From NCBI RefSeq assembly GCF_018350175.1, contig NC_058368.1, positions 61,072,001 to 61,136,000 on the forward strand: a stretch of 64,000 nt of DNA, given 5' to 3'. A program made the position numbers and the translations under genes. Positions 40,477 to 52,619 of the stretch are shown here, in pieces (the first letter of the stretch is position 1; each line of letters starts with the position of its first letter). The notes beneath the pieces were generated by a model. That model was given only the letters and a program-made list of their open reading frames with translations. It had not been told where the DNA came from and searched no databases. Source of the DNA: Felis catus (taxonomy: Eukaryota).

Positions 40477-40827
40477 AGTTCCCAAGTAAAGAAATTATCA
40501 TTTTATTCAATTTTGAGTGTGTCTTATCTTTTTGGTGGGACCCTCAACGATACCAGGCAACCAGTTACTCTACTGTTACTTCTTTAGCATCATTTTATGT
40601 AAGTACAAGAATTTGAGAGGCACCAACTAATACCAGTGCTTTCTTTATACCTGTTCCCACTGTAACTGATGTGGTTTAAGCTAATATTACTTAATTTTTA
40701 TTGCCATATCCTCTCCTCATTAGCACTTTTTTCCTTATACTGCGTGTATCTCTAAATATCCTTAAATATCCTTAAAATGGAGCTGTTTGCTAAAAATAAA
40801 CTTGAATTTCAGTGTCATTGGATTGTA

Positions 40828-41032
40828 TTTTTTTTAATGTTTATTTTTGAGAGAGAAAGAGAACGAATGAACACAGAAGCAATGGAGGAGCAGAGAGAGA
40901 GGGAGACACAGAATCCAAAGCAGGCCCCAGACTCCGAGCTGTCAGCTCATAGCCTGTCGTAGGGCTCCAACCACGAGAACATGACCTGACCTGAAGTCAG
41001 ACATTTCACCAACTGAGCCACCCAGGCATCCC
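40828..41032 (-). mobile_element. Can-SINE
   Basis: SINE body; GGATTG(A)TATTTT on both flanks. Confidence 0.93.
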
Positions 41033-43892
41033 AGGATTGATATTTTAAACCAACCCATGTTAAGCAAATACCCCTGCACTATATATTTGTACTTTTAATG
41101 CAGCATTTTATTATTCATAAATTTGGGTATTTTAATTTTGTTGAATGAGTATAAGACCTTCATGTTTTCACAATCTTATTCTTGTTTAAAAAAAAAAGGT
41201 AAAATTGATACTAAGATTCAATTTCAGTTTCTTAGATCCATTCAGGTAGAAGTGAATCCTTCATTTTCTAACCTATAGGATTTAGGCATCATTTGTGGTA
41301 TTTATCACAAAATATTTCTCTTTTTATATTTGTACCTAGATTTCAGATTTCAAGATCATTGGGTAGTTAGATTTTGTGTACCCCTTGCTATGGAGCATAG
41401 AGCACATTTATGCTGTTCTTACAGTTTTCCTTTTATCCAAGTTACCTGACTCTTTAAGGGTACTGAAGGAGGGACTCTGAACATGGAGCTGCACATCAGG
41501 GTGAATGCAGTATTTTCTTGTACAATGGATTTTAAATATGAGCATCAAACTGGGAGTTATTTTTCTAATTCATTGCCTAAAGTTCATCAACTGAATTATG
41601 GTTAGCTGGCCTAGCTGATGGCATAAAAAATCATGCAAAAAATAATAAGACCTAATTTCAAAAAGGTGAAATTCATATAATGCCTGGTGACTCTTAAACA
41701 TAGAAGAAGCTTAATAGAAAATGAGTTGTGTTTTGAGAAAAAGACAAAGTCTTGAATCAGCCAGGCTTGGGTGTTTCCTCTGGTTTTGCAACTTGTATAT
41801 TACCTTGGCTATGTGGCTTAATATTGGTGCACTTCAATTTATTCCTTTATTATTTACACACAGAATTTTTGAGAACTGAATTACAGATAGGTTTGTTGAG
41901 AAAATAATTTATGTACAATGTCTATTTCAGTATTCACTAAATTTGTGTTTCACAAAAATCTCAAAAGAAGGAGATGATGATACCCAACTGCAAATCTGGG
42001 TCTTCAGGACCATGCACAAGGTCAGATACCAGCACCCAGGAAACACCCTAGAAATGTGTGATTAACTAGAAAGGGAAGAAAGGGCCTCACACAGATATTT
42101 TTATGAGATTCTGGGTTTGTTGCTGCTATTGTGGTTTTGTGTCTAAATGAAATACAGGAGTCTATTTCTGCCTACTTGGAATCAACAAGGAAAATCACAC
42201 AGACCTATTGGGGAGAGTTTTTCTTCACCATCAAGAAAACCTATCACTACATTAAAGTTCTCTTATTAGGTCTCAACAACCCCATTTCCTACATTTCCCT
42301 CCCGCTGTTCATGAAAATACTCCTGTTGTCCTCTCCTTTCTCCCCATGAATTTCTGAGAGTATTTTCAATGAAGTTGAGAGAGAAAAGGAAACTTCCACA
42401 GATAACAACTTAGGTTCAAGCATTTGTGGTCTAAAGACAATCCCGGCATGTCTTCTACATTTCTCTATGTTCCTGCAGATAGATCTCAAAGAAATCAGGT
42501 TTCATCTAAAGCAGAATAAATGATATATGAAATTTGATTATTTTTAGAGAAAATTGGTTTCTTGTAGTAGATGATGTCAGTAGGAAACTAAAAGGGTCCT
42601 GTTGTTCCTACCCAATTTTTCAGACTTCCTCTGATAAATATTCTTCCAAAACTATTAGATTTATTTAAAAACTACATTTCCCTTATAAATATTATTGTAA
42701 CCACCAGGCTATCTTCACTTTGTATCATTGTTATTCTACCTAGAGTCTAATTTGCCAATACATTATAATCTAAATATTATAGTAAACAACAAATTACAGT
42801 GGCTTTTGTCACAATACAGGGTAAAGGTTTCATCCCATACACATTGCAGTTTGATGACTTTCTGAAGTAATCATTGACAAAATAGCACATGTTGAAAAGA
42901 AGCTTACTCTTTAGACCTATGCTGCAATCAAAAGAACGCAACTATTTAACAAGGGAAGGATTAGTTTGAACAGCACTGTTCTGTCTGGAAGGGGGGTGCG
43001 GGGGGGGGGGGCGGGGAGGGGAATTCTAGTATTGCTTTTGAAGGATATTCAGGGAGACAGTTATAAAAACGCAACAAGTTGAAATTTGTAAATTAATTTA
43101 GCAATTGCTGTAACAAAGCTACAGGCATAGAGCTAGCTAATAAAATGTGTCAATCATGTAGCACTTCTATAAAGGTGCAAGAGAGCAGTTATTGTAGACT
43201 TTAATGGTGCTGCAGTATTTAATCTTCTGGACGTGACCTTGTATAATAAATCCCAGGTTGTTTTCTGGGAAAGGACAACTTATTGCATCGCAAAACTGTC
43301 ATATGCCCAGTACCTTCCTTTCTCTTTTACCTTTATGTTAGGTGTTTTGTGGATTTCTAAATGAAGTTAATATGGTAATAAAACCATTAGGGTTTTGCAG
43401 AGATGGAAGTACATACATGTATGAAGAAAATATAAACAAAGTCTTAAATTTTCCACAGGCAATATTAAATATGGTTTCCTCTGGATATAGACAAGAAATA
43501 GATATCCACTTAAGAATATAGTTAACCATAAATAAAAAATAGGTTAAATTCCCTCAGAATATTGAGTTACCAGTTTGTGTCAATCATGTAGATTAACCTA
43601 TAGAAGAGACAAGTTGTGGCCTGAGATTTTCTTTCAATCTAAACTAAGCTTTCATATTTTCTACAATAAATATTACACAGAATAAATATGGTTTCCACCT
43701 GCAAATTATAATGCTCTAAAATAGAATCCAATCAAGATAAAAATAAACTATTTAGAATAGTTTTAAATATACCAAGTACTCATGTACACATAAACAGGTA
43801 CATACTCGCGTATAATCACATGTATATATGCAAGAAACACACACCTTAGGAACAATCTTGCAAAGTTTTATTAGTAAAGAGAAGTAAGTGTG

Positions 43893-44632
43893 TTTCAGTT
43901 CTAAAAGTTTTTCTGGGGTGCCTGGGTGGCTCTGTTGGTGAAGCGTCTGACCTTGGCTCAGATCATGATCTTACGGTTTGTGAGTTCGGCCTTGCGTTGG
44001 GCTCTGTGCTGACAGCTCGGAGCCTGGAGCCTGCTTCGGATTCTGTGTCTCTTTCTCTCTCTGCCCCTCCCCAACTTGCGTTCTGTCTCTCTATGTGTCT
44101 TAAAAAATAAATGTAAAAAAAATTTTTTAAATTTTTTGGTGTAATCTTTTGGGTTTCTATATAGAGTATAATGTCTGCTAATAGTGAAAGTTTGACTTCT
44201 TCCTTGCCGTTTTGGATGACTTTTATTTTTTTATTGTCTGATTGCTGAGTCTGGGATTTCCAGTACTATATGAGTGGACATCCCTACCTTTTTCCAGACA
44301 ATAGAGGAAAAACTCTCAATTTCCCCCCATTGAAGATGATGGCCTTTCATACATGACCTTTATGATGTTGAGGTAGTCCCCTCTATCCCTACTTTGTTGA
44401 GGGTTTTTAACAAGAATGGATGCTGTACTTTGTCAAATGTTTTTTTCTGCATCTATTAAGAGGATCATATGGTTATTATGCTTTCTTTTATTGATGTGAT
44501 GTATCACATTGTTCGATTTGTGAATATTGAACCCCCTTGCAACCCAAGAATAAATCCCAATTGATTGTGGTTATGATCCTTTTAATGTACTGTTAGATTT
44601 GATTTGCTAGTATTTTGTTGAGAATTTTTGCC
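43893..44632 (-). mobile_element. Carnivore L1 ORF2 internal fragment, interrupted by a SINE
   Basis: AATAGTGAAAGTTTGACTTCTTCCTTGCCG, GGATGCTGTACTTTGTCAAATG and GCTAGTATTTTGTTGAGAATTTTTGC are antisense RT-region sequence. Confidence 0.9.
43915..44122 (+). mobile_element. Can-SINE (felid type)
   Basis: GGGGTGCCTGGGTGGCTC head, CT tract and A-rich tail. Confidence 0.95.
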
Positions 44633-44634
44633 CC

Positions 44635-44850
44635 CTAAAGTCAAAATCTCCGCATTCAAATTCTGGTTCTTAGGATTTATTATTCTTAGCCTCATTGTGC
44701 CTCATTTTCCTTAGCTATATGAAAAAAAGTAAATGATATAGATACCTAACTCAGTATTGTTAATAGGACACAATATGCAAATATATAAAAAATGCAACTG
44801 AGAGTAATATCTGACACATACTAATCTCAGTAAACTTTAGGTTTTATCCT
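44635..44850 (+). mobile_element. MIR
   Basis: TTCAAATTCTGGTTCT and TGTGCCTCATTTTCCTTAGCTAT motifs. Confidence 0.65.
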
Positions 44851-45365
44851 TCTGTACTTTATCTAATATTGATATTTCACTTTATGGTTCTCAGAGAATT
44901 TCCTCAAATACCAACCCTACTTAAAATATGATGATATATTACTCTGTGAAATATGTGTTCTATTTATTTTTCACAAAGCAGGGAGGTTTCTAAATCACTG
45001 GAGATGAAGATAGGGATTGAGAAAGGCTGCACCAAGGAAAGGCATTTACATTTCGTATCCAAGAAATGCCAACTCTGGATAAAGAAAAAAAAAAACAACA
45101 TGTCTGCTTCCAAAAAGGAATAATATAGTAAAGAAAGGTCCCCCAAAGTTCCATATCCAGTAAGTTGGACCAAACCCTATACATTCAGTATGTAGAGTTT
45201 CAAGTAATAAAACAGTGTAGTGGAGGGGAAAACATGGAGGGGCTGAAAAGCTACATTGCTTGGGCATGTATATACTGGTTATACTGATTCCTCTTTAGGC
45301 AGGTTGCTTGATTTGTGTGTGTGCATGTGCGTGTACTGTATCTGTATAGTGAAAACTACATAGTG

Positions 45366-45368
<3 letters not shown>

Positions 45369-45422
<54 letters not shown>
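45369..45422. repeat. (TA)27 microsatellite
   Basis: Perfect TA run. Confidence 0.97.
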
Positions 45423-45426
<4 letters not shown>

Positions 45427-45633
45427 AAATAGTGAACTGCTTCAACTGTAGTGAAATAGTGGAAATTCCATGACATTTGACATTTGTAAAGTACCTGAAA
45501 CTGTGGCTAGCATATCATGAATGTTATTTATATTTTGTTAAATAAAATGAAGAGGAAACTGATAATTAAAAAAAAAAAGTGCTGGGGTTAGTTTTCAATT
45601 TATTTTACTGTTTGACCCAAGGAATTTGTACTT

Positions 45634-45838
45634 CTAAAAAAATGTTTTTATTGTTATGGAGAGAGAGACAGAGTACAAGTGGGAAGGGGCAGAGAGAGAA
45701 GGAGACACAGAATCTGAAGCAGGATCCAGGCTCTGAGCTGTCAGCACAGAGCCCATACAGGGCTTGACCTTGTGAACCATGAGATCATGACTTGAGCTGA
45801 AGTCAGATGCTTAACCGACTGAGCCACGCAGGTGCCCC
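45634..45838 (-). mobile_element. Can-SINE (felid type)
   Basis: SINE body; TSD GGAATTTGTACTT at 45621 and 45839. Confidence 0.96.
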
Positions 45839-47879
45839 GGAATTTGTACTTTCAGATGAGAAGTTTTGGAACAATCTTTTTTTCAATAATTTGTGTAAAC
45901 CTAAGTTGTGGATGGTATTAAACAATACAGATGTCCACACTCTCCTCTATAGATAATGTAATTCAAAGAAGGGTGATCTGATTCAGGGATCTGCATAATA
46001 GCAAAAACTAAGTAGCTCTGGTCCAGGAGTAGATCTGTTGGCACTTTGAGGAAATCTGCTATGGGAGAGTGTGAACCAAGTTATACAAACTTGAGTCACC
46101 GTTACTATTTCTGTAGTCTCCTTCACAGCAACTGGGATTTATTTTTCCAGAAGGAAAGATGAAAACTGGAACATGCTGGCTGCTCTAGAGAACACCTTCT
46201 CTTCATTCTCTCTCAACATAATCAAGTGTTTTTCAGCTCTGTGGATTTTTGCCAGCTGTGTTTAGCTGAGGGGTTATCAGACCATGATTGAAAATGAGAA
46301 ATACTTAGGAAGGCGGAATCCCTCTTCCACCCAAACTGAGAAATATAAATGTGACCTCTTCCAAGTTACAGTTGAAGTGGAAAGTGGCTTTATGGCTTCT
46401 GAACTGATAAAGAGCAAAAGGGACATGCTCCTGCAGACACCACAGCTCCTAATCATGAGTAGCACAGCCTGCCCGGAGCCAGGCTGAGCCTCAAACAGCA
46501 GGCACTTTCCTGAAAAAGAATTGATTGAGTAGTGAAAACCTAAGTCTACGTCTGTAGTACCTGCAACTAAAAAAAAATTTGTAAAATATCACAGAAACAT
46601 ATTTGATTCTTCAACACCACCTCTGGAATTATGTGAAATGTAGAACCAACCATTGTCACAAAAATATTTTAATGTCCCCCAAATATATTCACCTTCTCCA
46701 TATGTGAAATGTGGAATTAAGTGCTTTTCATGATTGAATGCTCATAGATTTGTAGTTGTGAGAGCCCTACTAAATATGCTCTTTTGTCTCTTCTCCAGGA
46801 AAGGTATCATTTCCCACAATGGCCAGTGTCCTGGGGACAATGCATTGGGATCTAACCAGTTCATAGTCAACACAGTTTATCAAATGCAAGTTATCAAGGC
46901 CTTGTGTATTTGCATATACACCATAGTTCTTCTTAAATTCCTCCTCATTCTAAAGAAGGGAATGGAGAGAGATTTAATCCATTTGTTTTTGTTTTCTGGA
47001 GATAACATCTCTGTGCTCTTTCTCCTTTTCTTCAGAGCCTTTTATTGATTTCAACGTGCACACAGGACACCATTGTCATGTGCCATGTATTGATGTAGAG
47101 AACAGAACTTATATTTACAAGTTCGCTTTCCAGGGTGACTTCCTTCTCAGGTTAATTAGATCATCCATTGGTGCCTTAGCTTCTTGGGAATCTAGCCTTT
47201 CCCTGTGTCAATTCCCTGTCCTAGCAGAGGTATTATAATGGCAAAACCAAAACTGGTTCCTATTCATTTCTGCCTGTCAAAACCCTAAGCATTCCTTCAT
47301 ACTGTGCCGGTTACCATGCATTTATTCTTGAATACTGGGATCACTGAGCCAACTGTGCTCTTTCCCACAAAATGTAGCAACTATTGCCATTTAGCATCAT
47401 CTGCTGGAAATGTATAATCATCTGCATTTTTTATTCATCTGTATTTTTCCTTTATATCATTATTATCACCTCCTTTTCTTTCCCAGTTTTATCCATGTGC
47501 ACACACAAAGCAGTAAGTGAATGTTTATATTCCTATATATACATCTCATTATTATTTTATGCATAGTGACTTCAGTTGTGATCTCTAAGATCAAAAGATG
47601 TACTTGAAAATAAACCACGGATATATATAGAAATGTAAGATGTGCAATTATTCATATGGAAAGTTAAATGAGAACAAATATTCATTATTAAGAATAGACA
47701 TCTACTCATCCTGGACCTTGATTAGCAAAGATTTTTCAAGTTACAGTAGTATCGGCTTGTTATTTCACAGTTACATACTTTCTGCTTTAATACGTGAATC
47801 AACTGTGCTCTGTGAATAGTGGAAGAAAAAGATTCCCATTGTAATGGAGTATACTAATAAAGGCACTTATTTATGTATC

Positions 47880-48085
47880 CTTGTGTGGCCGCTGACGTGG
47901 TGTGTAATCTTGGCCAAGTTACTTAACCTCTGTGTACCTAAATTCCTCCTTGGTAAAAAGAAGATAATTATAAGTATCTAGTTCTTTGGCATATTTTGAG
48001 TGTTAAGTGTTACAATCCATGTAAAATACTTAAAACACTGCCTCATATAGTTACAACCTGGTAAGTGTTAGCTAGTTGCTAAGGG
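47880..48085 (+). mobile_element. MIR
   Basis: TCTTGGCCAAGTTACTTAACCTCTGTGTACCT and ATGTAAAATACTTAAAACACTGCCT motifs. Confidence 0.8.
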
Positions 48086-48164
48086 CTTACTATATACCAG
48101 TCATTGGCAAGGATACAAACACGAATGTCCCAATGGTCCTGAAAGAGAATTGTGATTTATTTTA

Positions 48165-48440
48165 TTTATTTTATTTTATTTTATTTTATTTTATTTTATT
48201 TTATTTTATTTTATTTTATTTTATTTTATTTTATTTTATTTTTTAACATTTATTTATTTTTGAGAAGAGAGAGAGCATGAGCGGGGGAGGAGAAAGAAAG
48301 AGGGAGACACAGAATCTGAAACAGGCTCCAGGCTCTGAGCTGTCAGCACAGAGCCCGACGTGGGGTTTGAACTCACGGACCATGAGATCGTGACCTGAGC
48401 GGGAGTCGGACACTCAACCGACTGAGCCACCTAGGCGCCC
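48165..48440 (-). mobile_element. Felid SINE with an expanded (TTTTA)n tail
   Basis: SINE body; TSD GTGATTTATTTTA at 48152 and 48441; tail microsatellite ~48165-48243. Confidence 0.96.
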
Positions 48441-48477
48441 GTGATTTATTTTAAAGATGTTTAAATGCCCAGTCTTT

Positions 48478-49150
48478 TTTTCATTTACTCAAAAATATTT
48501 CTTGAGTAGCTACCATGTGCCTTGTGATGTCATAGGTATAAAGTTGACAGGTGAATTCCCTGCCATTGTGCAACTTACATTCTACAGATGGGGAGAGAAG
48601 TAAATGATTGTACCAATAAGCTAATGCCGTAACATTGGGTAAAGAAACACTGTGAACACAGCCAAGGGAATAAAAAGTGACCACAGATATCCTATAGACT
48701 AGGGATAAACCAGCCTGATTAGAAATAATGAGAAGGAGACGGGAAAATTCCCAATCAGATTTTTCTAGAGGGAGGAAACAGTAACAGATGCAAAGACACC
48801 TGCGTAAAAACTTTGGTGTACATGAGTATCAGAAGGAGGCCCACAGGCTACAGGTTGGTATGTGGAGGGCAGAAGTAGGAGGTGAAGTGGGAGAAATAGG
48901 CAGTGGCTCCATCTGTATCGCCTTCAAGTTGTAGGAAGAAGTTTGGATTTTATTTCAAGGCAATAGAATACCGCTGGAGGGTTTTTAAGAAAGAAAATAA
49001 CATAATCTGATTTCTGTGGTAAAATTTCACGCTGACTGCTGTGTAGAGAATGGATTATAGGAGTGGAAATGAGAAGGCCCAGACAAGCATTAAGAAGCAG
49101 TTCCAGTTGTCCAGTGTAAGGGAGTGGTGGCTTGGTTAGGAAGCCAGAGG
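48478..49150 (-). mobile_element. LINE-2 3' fragment
   Basis: TCATTTACTCAAAAATATTTCTTGAGTAGCTACCATGTGCC tip; TTTGGATTTTATT and CTGCTGTGTAGAGAATGGATT motifs. Confidence 0.85.
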
Positions 49151-49380
49151 ATATATTTGGGAACATTGATTTACTTGGAATCATTACCCAAGAAGAAAAT
49201 CTTACCCCTTGTAATTTGATTAGTGCATGATGCTAATTAGTGAATTACAATGTGGTCTCTTGCATGAAATGAAGGGTAAGAAGGATAAGCAGAGTTTGAC
49301 AACTGGTATCGATAGATCAGACTATGGGTTAGATATCAAATATCTAAGATTAAATGGTATAATATACAGTATTTTATATA

Positions 49381-49389
<9 letters not shown>

Positions 49390-49425
<36 letters not shown>
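49390..49425. repeat. (CA)n microsatellite preceded by TA repeats
   Basis: Direct reading of the sequence. Confidence 0.95.
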
Positions 49426-49427
<2 letters not shown>

Positions 49428-49692
49428 TATGTTCTCTCATTCCCCTCCTCACAGAATGATTTATTTTCACTGTTTAAACACACACATGGCAACTGAAACC
49501 AGTTGGAAAGTTTCAGCATTCCTGGGAGGAATGGGGAAGAAGAACTTTTGGAAAATAAACTGAATGTTTTGAGGGCTGTCACAGAGGTAGAAAGTCGTAG
49601 GGGAAGAAAAGCTATTTCTTCTGGGAACACAGGTTTGGTTGCTGATGTTGAAATTATAAGTCTCTAATGGTATGCATTAAAATCCTGTTTTA

Positions 49693-49923
49693 GGGGCGCC
49701 TGGGTGGCACAGTCGGTTAAGCATCCGACTTCAGCCAGGTCACGATCTCACGGTCCGTGAGTTTGAGCCCTGCGTCAGGCTCTGGGCTGATGGCTCAGAG
49801 CCTGGAGCCTGTTTCCGATTCTGTGTCTCCCTCTCTCTCTGCCCGTCCCCTGTTCATGCACTGTCTCTCTCTGTCCCAAAAATAAATAAAAACGTTGAGA
49901 AAAAAAAAATTAAAAAAAAATAA
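49693..49923 (+). mobile_element. Young felid SINE (SINEC_Fc-like)
   Basis: GGGGCGCCTGGGTGGCACAGTCGGTTAAG head; perfect 15-bp TSD TAAAATCCTGTTTTA at 49678-49692 and 49924-49938. Confidence 0.97.
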
Positions 49924-50981
49924 TAAAATCCTGTTTTATTAATCTGGATATAAGAGTGACAACTGATGTTATCATAAGTGAAAAAAATAATCACTTACCT
50001 ATATGTTACCTAGGAAAAACCAGAATTGATAGGTATTTGTTTACACAGACATTTATAAAGCATTTATTACATACCAGCCTTAGACTATGCTCTCAAGTGT
50101 TTTTCAGTTATTTGAGGGGACTGAGGCATATAATCTGATCTCTTGAATGTAAGATGGAAAGTGGGGGGGGGGAGGGGAAGGAAGGCCCAGAAGTACCCCC
50201 ACAGCTCAGCAGTAGGGCAGTTGTCCCATCTTGTACATTCTGGGGTGGGACTTGATAGAAGAGATGGAACTCTGAGGTGACTTGGAGAAACGAGAGCATA
50301 GTAGGTGAAGGAAAGTGGCCAGTGACTTTCCTGAAAAGGGATAGCATGAGTAAAAGAAGGGTGACCTGAAAAGTATGACTGAAACTCAGGGCAGATACTT
50401 GCACATTGCAAGAACATAGTGGGGAGCTGTGAGATCTGATGCTTATAGTATCTAAGGAAGATTTCATTGTACTTGCTGATTTTATTGACTTGGTCTGTGA
50501 TAAGGATTGACCGAAGAGTTATAAGCCAATGAGATCTTAAGCGTACTTTAATATCTACCCATAAAGAAAATGAAAATGAAAAAAAAAATCAGATTATCAT
50601 TCAGTACTTTTACATTTATATAATATTAATTAGACCCACCTATATACAAAACTTAAAATATGTATATTTAGTAGTAATGAATGAAATGTATATGTGTATG
50701 TATATATATTGAGATTTGAGATTATAAATAGATGCTAAACTCTGCCCTAAATACTATCTTACCTGACTTATGTTTCCATATAACATTGTGGTTGATGGTC
50801 TTTTTATACTATTTTCAGCTGATAATGCTATTTCTTAAGTATGTATAAATGGTAGCTAAGTGTAATTCTAACTATAAAATTCTAGACAGAGAACTCCTGC
50901 TCCAAGTCCACTCTTTCTAAATGTAGTATTTGAAGCTCTATGCCTTGTTAATTTACCAGAAATTCAATAGATACTACTTAC

Positions 50982-51942
50982 AGTAGTTTATTGGGGTTAA
51001 CGTAACAAAATACCACAAATTGGGTGGCTTTGCCAATGAAAAATAGAATTGGACAGAATTAAATAGTCAAGTAAGACTTCATTCAAGACTAATGCAGTAA
51101 GGATGAGAGATTGAACTCACCTTTGTTCAGACAAAAGGCAGGAGAGGTTTTCAGCACTGGGGTGAGGTAGCCAAGTACAAGACAATGGAGGATAGATTGG
51201 TCAGTGCCATTAGGTCATCCCTGTTTGCCATTTGCTGCTTAAAGAAGTCTGGTTCCTTCTTCCCTACAGAGCCTGGGGATATTGGGACCCTATTGTTCTT
51301 GATGTTTACATTTCAAAAGAATGTCTCCTGGGTCCTTGAGAAAGATTGTCCTGGCTTGTAAAACTGGAAGGAGGAGGGGAGAAGATTTCCATCTCCAAGG
51401 AATAGAGAGAAAATATATATAATTGCAAGTTTTTCTAAAGTAAATGTGCTAAGATAAGGAAGCTCGGCACAAAAACTCAAGAAGAAACCTGCCTAAAATT
51501 TAGTCAAGCTGAGGGGAATGTTAAGGCCCTTTTGGTCAGCTTAAAGAAAGTCATTGTCTCACAGTTGTGGTGGCTAGAAGGCTGAGATAAACATGTCAGT
51601 AGGTCTGGTTCCTTCTGAAGGCTGGGAAGGAACATCAGTTCCAGGTATCTCTATCAGCTTCTGGTAGTTTACTGTCAGTCTTTGGCATTGCCTTGGCTTC
51701 TGCTGCATCACCTTGAAATCTGCCTTCATCTTTATACAGACTTCTTCCTGTATGCCTGTCAGTGTCCAAATATCCCCTTTTAATAAGGACACAGGTCTTA
51801 TTGGATTAGGGGCTATCCTACTCCAGTATGACCTCATCTTAAGTAATGATATCTGCAACAATCCTATTTTCAAATAATGTCACATTCTGAGATACTGAGG
51901 AATAGGACTTTCAATATATGAAACACAATCCAACCCGTAATG
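50982..51942 (-). mobile_element. MaLR solo LTR, MLT1C-like, split by an ERV1 LTR
   Basis: GTAACAAAATACCACAAATTGGGTGGCTT resumes as AAAGAAAGTCATTGTCTCACAGTT after 51542; TTGGATTAGGG...CCAGTATGACCTCATCTTAA and ACACAATCCAACCCGTAA end. Confidence 0.9.
51031..51538 (-). mobile_element. MER31/MER67-family ERV1 solo LTR
   Basis: The minus strand begins TGACCAAAAGGGCCTTAACATTCCCCTCAGCTTGACTAAA; TG...CA ends; exact 4-bp TSD GCTT at 51027-51030 and 51539-51542. Confidence 0.88.
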
Positions 51943-52619
51943 TGTAGTATTTATGAGTTAACGGGCACATTTAATAACTCAAATGGCTCCTGCATATTGG
52001 GAATTAACACTCAAATAGATTCTCACTGCAGTATAAGACTCTGAGTCATTTGGTTTCATTCATAATGATGTGTAGCATTTATTATAATTAATGTTTTTAA
52101 TATATATATATTTACTCTCTGATTAATAACCCTTTATTTTAGAGAGAGTGACTACATATAAATATTTATTATTAACTGCTTATAGTAAATTTTATAGTTA
52201 TATCTAAAAATGAAGAGTAATTTCTCCTTCCATATATTTAATATTTGTATATATTAAATATATATTATTAGGTTACTTAAAAACTCCATGACTAGATTTT
52301 TATAGGATTTTGACTTAATGCAGTTAAACTCAATTAATGCATATGAGGTACATTTCCAATTAAAAAATTAGAGTCAAGAAAGAAAAACAGTGTGTCTAAA
52401 TTTTCTTAGATATACAGGATTCTTAATCACAGTTTTACTGATTAGAAAAGTGTCTTATTTCAGTATACATAATTATAGCTCCATGTTAATATTTTTGTGT
52501 CTTCCTTGTTACCTGAATTTATACACGTTTTTATCAAAGTAGGGTACAAGTTCTATTGTATTTGACCACATGAAAAGGTGTTGCCTAAACCTGTTTTATT
52601 TTGTTTCTCTCTCTCTAAG

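Larger units (their letters stand above)
39420..40553 (+). mobile_element. LTR33-like (ERVL) solo LTR, split by MLT1
   Basis: AAAGGTCAC and GGATTCTGGTAA...CTTGTCCTTCAGACTCAGG motifs on the left; the terminus TTTTGAGTGTGTC...GGACCCTCAACGATAC resumes after 40476. Confidence 0.65.

Noticed and set aside
49693..49770. tRNA-like A/B-box sequence at SINE heads
   Set aside because: This is the tRNA-derived part of Can-SINEs, followed by a CT tract, polyA and TSD; these are not tRNA genes.
52232..52263. 13-bp-stem inverted repeat ATATATTTAATAT...ATATTAAATATAT upstream of the exon
   Set aside because: It is pure A/T low-complexity sequence, expected by chance and not miRNA-like.
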